Part shown: piece after piece, positions 1 to 6,003 of the stretch
How positions within the stretch are numbered: position 1 is the stretch's first letter
How the letters are laid out: each line of letters starts with the position of its first letter
Assembly: GCA_038127595.1 (NCBI GenBank)
Contig: JAYPIC010000013.1
Coordinates: 12,133 to 23,976, forward strand
Length of the DNA: 11,844 nt
Source: a bacterium
GTDB taxonomy: Bacteria; Fidelibacterota; Marinisomatia; Marinisomatales; UBA1611
Direction of reading: 5' to 3'
Notes under the pieces: model-generated
The model's input: only the letters and a program-made list of their open reading frames with translations
The model's database searches: none
Told to the model about the DNA's origin: nothing
Position numbers and translations under genes: made by a program

Positions 1-1592
1 ACATGAAAATCAAGAGTGCTCGTAATTTCGATTATTATATCTGATGATGAAATACTAATCGGCTTACTTTTATCAAGTATAGAGGCTACCGATGGCTTTT
101 TAACGTGGATACTATCGATAAAATCTTGCCATTTTTCATTAATGAAATTTAAATCTAATTCTTTGACAATACTTTCTACATCTTCATCTTCAGTCTTTTT
201 AGTGTTATCTTTTTTGACATTATTTTCTAATTCATCCATGTGATTATTTAAATTTTCTTCTGCTTTTTTAGACCTAATTAAATTGGCTTTTATATCTGTT
301 ACTTCTTCCTCTTTTATTTCATTATCAATATGACTTTTTTCTACTTGAATTTGATTTTCTGTCGTATTAGCCAAATTCGCATCATCTTTTTTTTCACTTA
401 ATAAATTATTGGTTTTACTGTCAACGGGTAATGAGGCTTTTTCTTTTGTATTTACAGAATTTTGTTCAATATGCTTCGAGGACAAGAAGCTTTCAATAGA
501 TACAGATTTATCCATTTCTAATAATTTTAATGATGAAAACTCTAGTAATAAATAAGGATCATCTGAACGGCGGATTTTTGAAGATAAATCTGTTAGAATT
601 TGAAGCGAACGTAAAAGGTCTCTTCTATCCCATTTTGATGAATGAGAAATATACTGTTTTTTACTTTCATCATTTATTTCTAACAGATCTGATCCTCCAT
701 CAATTTGAGAATACAATAAGTTTTTCATGTGGTTTGATAGGCCACTTACTATTTCTTCAGCAGGAACGCCATAGCTTAAAAACTTATCTAATGAATGAAG
801 TAACTGGTTACCATTTTTATCTAGGAGAGAATGAGTATATTCAAAAAAAATATCATTCGGTATAACTCCGAGTGCTTGAGTGGTCTTGCTACTAGAAATC
901 TCAGAGCCACAAAAACTGATAACTTGGTCTAAAATACTCAGCGCATCTCTCATGCTTCCATCGGCTTTTCTTGCAATTAATTGCAAGCTGTCTGCATCAA
1001 AATCAATTGACTCTTGATCAAGTATGAAAGTTAAACGAGATATAATGGTATCAGTAGCTATTCTATTAAAATCAAATCTTTGACATCTAGATATAATAGT
1101 AGCAGGTACTTTATGTATATCGGTTGTGCAGAATATAAATTTTCCATGTTCAGGAGGTTCTTCCAAAGTACGAAGTAGTGCATTAAAAGCTGGGTTTGTT
1201 AGCATGTGAACCTCATCAATTATGATCACTTTATAGTTTCCAACCATGGGTGCAAATTTTATTTGTTCACGAAGATTTCTAATTTCTTCAATACCTCTGT
1301 TGGATGCTCCATCTATTTCCAACACATCTAATGCGCGACCTTCTGCTATCTCTAGAGATAAATTTGTTGATGGATCAAAATCATACCTTGGCCCACCATC
1401 AGCATTCAACGCTCTTGATAAAATTCTAGCTGTAGTAGTTTTTCCAACTCCTCGCGGCCCCGTAAACATATATCCCTGGGCTACACGCTCTAATTTAAAA
1501 GCATTGATCAACGTTTTTGTAACATGATCTTGCCCAACTATATCCTCAAAAGTTTGAGGTCTCCACTTAAGTGATAATACTTTATATGACAT
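1..1592 (-). CDS. dnaX: DNA polymerase III subunit gamma/tau (3' end beyond the window edge)
   Basis: Manual translation from ATG at 1592: MSYKVLSLKWRPQTFEDIVGQDHV..., Walker A GPRGVGKTT, EIDGASNRG, Walker B IIDEVHML, AFNALLRTLEEPP, TIISRCQRFDF (SRC motif), GSMRDALSILDQ. A charged low-complexity linker and a C-terminal domain (..EKWQDFIDSI..) follow. The frame is open to position 1, so the ORF track did not call it. Confidence 0.98.
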   Translation of the reverse strand, partial: MSYKVLSLKWRPQTFEDIVGQDHVTKTLINAFKLERVAQGYMFTGPRGVGKTTTARILSRALNADGGPRYDFDPSTNLSLEIAEGRALDVLEIDGASNRGIEEIRNLREQIKFAPMVGNYKVIIIDEVHMLTNPAFNALLRTLEEPPEHGKFIFCTTDIHKVPATIISRCQRFDFNRIATDTIISRLTFILDQESIDFDADSLQLIARKADGSMRDALSILDQVISFCGSEISSSKTTQALGVIPNDIFFEYTHSLLDKNGNQLLHSLDKFLSYGVPAEEIVSGLSNHMKNLLYSQIDGGSDLLEINDESKKQYISHSSKWDRRDLLRSLQILTDLSSKIRRSDDPYLLLEFSSLKLLEMDKSVSIESFLSSKHIEQNSVNTKEKASLPVDSKTNNLLSEKKDDANLANTTENQIQVEKSHIDNEIKEEEVTDIKANLIRSKKAEENLNNHMDELENNVKKDNTKKTEDEDVESIVKELDLNFINEKWQDFIDSIHVKKPSVASILDKSKPISISSSDIIIEITSTLDFH

Positions 1593-1600
1593 ATGTTTTT

Positions 1601-1871
1601 GGCCGTGCAATTATGTTTGGAAATCTCATAAATGAATACCTAATACCTAAACAGCTCAAATCCAATTAACTGCAAGCACACAAAAAAGAAAGCTTACCGC
1701 TGCTCCTTTCCAGGCCTGACGGAGTTCACTCATTTAATGTTGCCACAGGACTAAATTATCAACACTGCTAAGCATTAAATGATCAATCGATAAAATCCTA
1801 GCATAAGTATCGATCCTGCTATAGCGGATTGCAGGCAACAGGGCACCGCTAACTCCCCACCTAGCACGGCC
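1601..1871 (-). ncRNA. ffs: Signal recognition particle RNA, large bacterial type with Alu domain (Bacillus scRNA-like)
   Basis: The ends pair: GGCCGUGC (1871-1864) with GCACGGCC (1608-1601). Alu region GGGGAGUUAGCGGUGCCCUGUUGCCUGCAAUCCGCUAUAGCAGG has complementary loops UAGCGG/CCGCUA. Helix-8 motif CCGUCAGGCCUGGAAAGGAGCAGCGG (1722-1697) has a GGAA tetraloop. Helix-5 pairings are visible (UUUAAUGCUUA/UAGGUAUUAGG; CUGUGGCA/UGCUUGCAG). Length is 271 nt, and the position upstream of dnaX is the common one. Confidence 0.96.
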
Positions 1872-2028
1872 TAAAATTAATTTTCAATTCACTATTAATT
1901 CTAAATGTATACTTATTTATTAAATAACAAAAAAGTATGAACTAAAACGATGATAAAGCTAAACATAAATAATAAATTTTCTTAAACATTAAATGAACGA
2001 TAAACATTGTTGATAAAAAGGATATAAA

Positions 2029-2418
2029 TCAAAAAATTACTACAATTTTAATTTCTTCAATTTCAAACCAATCCCAAAAGTTTGACCTATCTAGCTTAAT
2101 AACACCATCTTTGAAACTAAATCGTAATCTTTTACGGTACAAAGATTCTGTAAACCACAAAGAATTCTCTCTTCGATAATAAATTGCTATAAATGGAGGA
2201 CTGTCAGTAACAAGTTCTGGAATTTTTAGCGTACAAATCGCCTCGTTAAACTCACCCTCTGCTGTTACAAAGTCTAACTTTGAAAAACTAAATACTTTTT
2301 TTGTAAGCGGTGAGAAAGAGCGATGTTTTTCTAGTGCCTCTTGGCTAAATAATACTGAAAATACAAGTAGGTGTAAAAAAATAGTTTGGAAGCGAATATT
2401 CACCTCCAAATTTGGCAC
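2029..2418 (-). CDS. Hypothetical exported protein, ~129 aa (start uncertain: GTG 2418, TTG 2409 or GTG 2403)
   Basis: Signal-peptide-like segment RFQTIFLHLLVFSVLFS|QE followed by a beta-rich mature part. GTG at 2418 overlaps the upstream TAG stop (TAGTG). No family recognised. Confidence 0.7.
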   Translation of the reverse strand: MPNLEVNIRFQTIFLHLLVFSVLFSQEALEKHRSFSPLTKKVFSFSKLDFVTAEGEFNEAICTLKIPELVTDSPPFIAIYYRRENSLWFTESLYRKRLRFSFKDGVIKLDRSNFWDWFEIEEIKIVVIF

Positions 2419-2834
2419 TACTTTTTGCTACGCCCAAACAAACCTTTTTTCTTTGGAGGTTCTTCTTTGGCTTCCTCTTTAGCAGCACCATCATCAGCAA
2501 TACCTTCCAGCCTTTTTTCCCAATCACTTGCATCCTCAGGAACTTCAGAGGGGGCTTCTGAACTAGCAGAAGATTGTTCAGGGTTTTCCCAAATTTCTTT
2601 TAATTTTTCATGGCGCTTAACAGAATTATCGCGCAAATGTTCGAGCATTTCGCTTACCTCTTCATCAAAGTCAGCAATTGTCTGTTCCATTCTTCTGATT
2701 AATTCTTCTTGCAGTGGACCACCATATCCTTCGCCAACCTTTTCCATTAAGTTTCCAAATTGCTCGATTAAATATTGTTTTTGAGGGTCAACCATTGGCT
2801 TATCCTCACCATTGCCATTATTTGTTCCAGCCAT
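2418..2834 (-). CDS. Hypothetical cytoplasmic acidic protein, 138 aa, with helical core and basic C-terminal tail
   Basis: ATG preceded by GGAG (TAAATGGAGTCTTT-ATG). Amphipathic helical core, S/E/A/P-rich linker, ends KKKGLFGRSKK. Tight operon spacing. Confidence 0.9.
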   Translation of the reverse strand: MAGTNNGNGEDKPMVDPQKQYLIEQFGNLMEKVGEGYGGPLQEELIRRMEQTIADFDEEVSEMLEHLRDNSVKRHEKLKEIWENPEQSSASSEAPSEVPEDASDWEKRLEGIADDGAAKEEAKEEPPKKKGLFGRSKK

Positions 2835-2848
2835 AAAGACTCCATTTA

Positions 2849-3625
2849 TTACTTAACATTTTTTTCATACTCCTCTTGAGACAAAATAAAAGTCTCAGAT
2901 GGTGTTAATAATGTAGCAAGTGCTTCATATAACTCACTACTAAATAATAACCCCATTACAATACCGTATAATCTATAGTACCAAGACTCATCTAACCTAG
3001 GACTTCGTTGACTATTATAGATAGAAGCTACATTCAAACCCATCGCTCCACTTAATACGTAAATATACGACTTTAATAGTAAAAATTCATTACTATAAAG
3101 CCTGTATGATATTCGTTTAACATCATTCAAATTGATCTGCTCGACTTCCCTTGGGGTTTGTATAGAAATAAGACTATTATCAAATGAAACTAGAGTTCCA
3201 TTTAAACGCATATTTTTATTATCAACTATTTTTACGAATTGGGGTTTTTTTAGGTTGGTAAGAATGTCCGATGCTCTTAAAAAATCCATACCCGCATACA
3301 TGATTGCACGAGCCTCTTCCGTGAATTCTGGCTGAGTATTAATTTTATTTTGAAACCTGGTAAACTGATTCAAAGACATTTTCTTTTCGTATGTCTTTTC
3401 TTTCCCTTTTCGATTTACGACTATTCTAACCTTATAACCAGTGAAACTAGTAGAATAGACTTGGGCGCTAATAAAATTTCTAACCTTTGGAAAAATTCTA
3501 TAGAACCTATTTTCATGGATATCAATCAAGGTACCTACTCGAGGACTTAAAATAACTACCTCGTCTTGCGCTATTACCGCACCAAAAACCAAAAGCGCAG
3601 AGAGCAAAAATTTGAATATTGCCAT
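2849..3625 (-). CDS. Hypothetical membrane protein, 258 aa (signal peptide, extracytoplasmic domains, C-terminal hydrophobic helices)
   Basis: MAIFKFLLSALLVFGAVIA|QD signal. Sm-like pattern VKIVDNKNMRLNGTLVSFDNSLISI..EQINLNDVKRI. Hydrophobic segments YIYVLSGAMGLNVASIY and LYGIVMGLLFSSELYEALATLL. Starts 4 nt after the upstream stop. Confidence 0.85.
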   Translation of the reverse strand: MAIFKFLLSALLVFGAVIAQDEVVILSPRVGTLIDIHENRFYRIFPKVRNFISAQVYSTSFTGYKVRIVVNRKGKEKTYEKKMSLNQFTRFQNKINTQPEFTEEARAIMYAGMDFLRASDILTNLKKPQFVKIVDNKNMRLNGTLVSFDNSLISIQTPREVEQINLNDVKRISYRLYSNEFLLLKSYIYVLSGAMGLNVASIYNSQRSPRLDESWYYRLYGIVMGLLFSSELYEALATLLTPSETFILSQEEYEKNVK

Positions 3626-3629
3626 TTAT

Positions 3630-5900
3630 TTAAAAACTAAATGCTGTTTCGACCTTTGTTTGTCTAACCGGCTCTAATTTACCAGAACCATTGTCTCTAT
3701 AAAATTCACTGTACTCCCAAATCAAACTAACACCTTTACTCATTTCATACCCTACTCTGTAACCCATAATCGTGTTCTCAGATGGGTTATCAAAATCAAA
3801 GGGGTCTTTATCATTATTTCGTCTATAGAATGCATTTGCAACACTCAACTTAGGAATATTGTCAGTATTAACATTAATTACAGCATTAAAACTGCTGTAC
3901 TCTATCGTATCTGCAGTCATAGAGGCGTAGGAAGCATTAAAATTGATTAAGTTAAATAAATTCATATTCGCGGAACCATATACACCACTAGATGTCCAGT
4001 CATTATCATAACCCTCAAATATTGCCATATCTTTTGTTTTAATCGAGGTTTCATTTCCTTGCGAAGCACTAATTACTCGATTTAAATCGTACGATTGATC
4101 AAAAAATTGCGGCACATAGGATCCTTTAACCGATCTATATTCAAGAGATAGATCAAGTAATCCAAACAACTTAGATCTTATACCAGGTATTGTTGCCCCA
4201 GTACCTGATCTTTTCGGACGATAAAATAACGTATCGGAATCCGTATTTGTTGTCACAACTTCTGGAAATAATAAAGTGTTGATTTCTGTGTACACTGTAA
4301 GTGAAAGCATCTTATTAGTAAGTACTGGATAAGAGACATCAAACGACCATGCAGAGACCGAGGCTTTATTTTCATCAATACTAAATGGCCTAGCTTTTAT
4401 TTCGACATTGTCATCATTTATATCTACAATATTATCTCCATCCGCATCTATGTCTACAAGTGAATCTGGCACAGACGAACCATGACCAGGATCAGGCCAA
4501 CCATCTCCATCAGTGTCATTCCAGAGCGAACTATCAGATGGAAAATCATCAAACACATCCGGAAAAGAGTCGCCATCTTTGTCTTTCATTGAAGAAAACA
4601 TATTTGCATCTGAAATGTAATTCAAACCAATTGTAAGGGGTAAAGACTCCGACACCTTATATTGTGCTCTTAAACCTAATATTGTACCTCCTCTAGAAAA
4701 ATCTTTTACGTTTGACAAAAATAATTCTCCTCCAATAGAACCAATATTGAACCCAGTATTGATACCAACTCTCCTAACTGTTGGAAATTCCATCATATTT
4801 GAATAACCGCGCATTAGACCGCCTTGACCAAGTGTCATATTTTCGATAGAGCCATATTTTGCCCAAAATGGAGATGTTTTTTCACCATAACGTATATATA
4901 AAATCTTATCATATATAAGATCCGGATCATTATCGAAATCCCATTCATCTTGGCGAATATTTCCCTCATTATCCATATAAACAACAAGATCTAAACCGAT
5001 GCCGATACCTGCTAAATTTATCTCTGGTCTCAGCGCCAACTGGTTATACAATGTGCCATCAATAGTTGCTGAGCCAATCCCTAATCCCATACCAAAAGGT
5101 TTTTTTGGCGCATCAGGCGAATCAGCTTTTGCATCAGTATTTGATTCATTATCGACTTCGCCGCTTTCATTTTCAATTCTTTCCGGCATATCTTTTTCAA
5201 TAGTTTTACGATCTTCATTAATATCAAGAGCGTCATTCTTCTCTTCTAAATCCTCAATCTCATCTCTTTCTGATGGCTTTTTATTTTCCTCTAAATTCTG
5301 CTCAAGTTCTGGATCTTTTGGATATTCATTTGGACCTGCAGGTGCTTGCATTAAGCTACCAGATGAGCCGCTCAAAGCCTTTTGCCCGGGGCCTACACTA
5401 ACCGTCTGACCACTCACTGAGTTAAAAACATCAAACAGCCCCTCTTTCCCAATGAACTGGTCAACGCCTGAAGGGTTAATCATAGCAGCAAATTCAGTGC
5501 CTTTTACACTAGCAACACTGACAGGAGAAACCACTCTAAAAGTTTTAGTTCTATTTTCTTTTTCAATCTTATTTAAAATGGTTCCAAACTCAATGTTAAC
5601 AGATCTTGTGTTCTTTGTATCCATAATTTCAAATTGCGAGTTTGGCTTAATTTTTACAACCGACCTATCATCAATAAATATCAATGCAGCATATCCATAA
5701 TCTCCTACCTTAATAGCATCGCCATTATTGATACTTCCTCCTACCTGCGCAATTTCATTGTAGGTTTGCATTCCTAATCTTTTGATCTTGACTACACCTT
5801 CAGCTTTAATCAATCTTGCAACAGATTCAGCTATACTGATATTGAAAACAAATAGTGATACAAAAATAATTTTGAAAATAATTGAATTGAAATACCGCAT
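3630..5900 (-). CDS. FecR-domain protein fused to a putative outer-membrane beta-barrel with TSP3-like Ca-binding repeats, 756 aa
   Basis: Signal peptide (aa 1-24). FecR-like motifs GDAIKVGDYGYAALIFIDDRSVVKIKPNS and VVSPVSVASVKGTEF. Acidic linker. Alternating-hydrophobic strands (GIGIGLDLVVY, GFNIGSIGGELF, MGYRVGYEM, SLIWEYSEFY). DKDGDSFPD/DTDGDGWPD/DADGDNIVD repeats. C-terminal TKVETAFSF ends in Phe. RBS AAGGA 5 nt before the ATG. Confidence 0.85.
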   Translation of the reverse strand: MRYFNSIIFKIIFVSLFVFNISIAESVARLIKAEGVVKIKRLGMQTYNEIAQVGGSINNGDAIKVGDYGYAALIFIDDRSVVKIKPNSQFEIMDTKNTRSVNIEFGTILNKIEKENRTKTFRVVSPVSVASVKGTEFAAMINPSGVDQFIGKEGLFDVFNSVSGQTVSVGPGQKALSGSSGSLMQAPAGPNEYPKDPELEQNLEENKKPSERDEIEDLEEKNDALDINEDRKTIEKDMPERIENESGEVDNESNTDAKADSPDAPKKPFGMGLGIGSATIDGTLYNQLALRPEINLAGIGIGLDLVVYMDNEGNIRQDEWDFDNDPDLIYDKILYIRYGEKTSPFWAKYGSIENMTLGQGGLMRGYSNMMEFPTVRRVGINTGFNIGSIGGELFLSNVKDFSRGGTILGLRAQYKVSESLPLTIGLNYISDANMFSSMKDKDGDSFPDVFDDFPSDSSLWNDTDGDGWPDPGHGSSVPDSLVDIDADGDNIVDINDDNVEIKARPFSIDENKASVSAWSFDVSYPVLTNKMLSLTVYTEINTLLFPEVVTTNTDSDTLFYRPKRSGTGATIPGIRSKLFGLLDLSLEYRSVKGSYVPQFFDQSYDLNRVISASQGNETSIKTKDMAIFEGYDNDWTSSGVYGSANMNLFNLINFNASYASMTADTIEYSSFNAVINVNTDNIPKLSVANAFYRRNNDKDPFDFDNPSENTIMGYRVGYEMSKGVSLIWEYSEFYRDNGSGKLEPVRQTKVETAFSF

Positions 5901-5925
5901 TTTTATCCTTTAAATCTTGGTCGAA

Positions 5926-5954
5926 AAATTAAATATCTATTTATATTGATACAA
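5926..5954 (-). promoter_or_regulatory. Possible sigma70-type promoter for the four-gene cluster
   Basis: TTGTAT (5954-5949), 17-nt spacer, TAATTT (5931-5926), 25 nt upstream of ATG 5900. The AT-rich context makes chance matches likely. Confidence 0.3.
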
Positions 5955-6003
5955 GACTGTATGTTGGCAGTAAGATAAGATCAATGATAATTTTAAAATT
6001 GAG

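Noticed and set aside
843..851. In-phase T_TTT_TTT slippery heptamer in dnaX (ATT TTT TTT, codons 248-250)
   Set aside because: It lies in the structured core near the start of domain III, where truncation would be non-functional. It shows that homopolymers arise by chance here.
16..1527. Plus-strand ORFs 16-243, 530-865 and 1246-1527
   Set aside because: Antisense shadows of dnaX with no independent protein motifs.
1635..1648. Tandem AATACCT x2
   Set aside because: Only two copies, inside SRP helix 5, and largely explained by helix pairing.
1942..2007. 21-codon minus-strand ORF MFIVHLMFKKIYYLCLALSSF
   Set aside because: No RBS, and hydrophobic short ORFs are expected in T-rich sequence.
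2345..5700. Overlapping ORFs 2345-2533 (-), 2386-2784, 3132-3335, 3350-3550, 4999-5409 and 5452-5700 (+)
   Set aside because: Alternative-frame or antisense shadows of better-supported genes. The Ser/Phe-rich translations are typical of reverse-complemented Glu/Lys codons.
5980..5998. Fur-box-like AATGATAAT upstream of the FecR-domain gene
   Set aside because: Only 11 of 19 positions match the consensus and the right half-site is poor. The context is AT-rich, and this FecR is not in a canonical iron-uptake locus.
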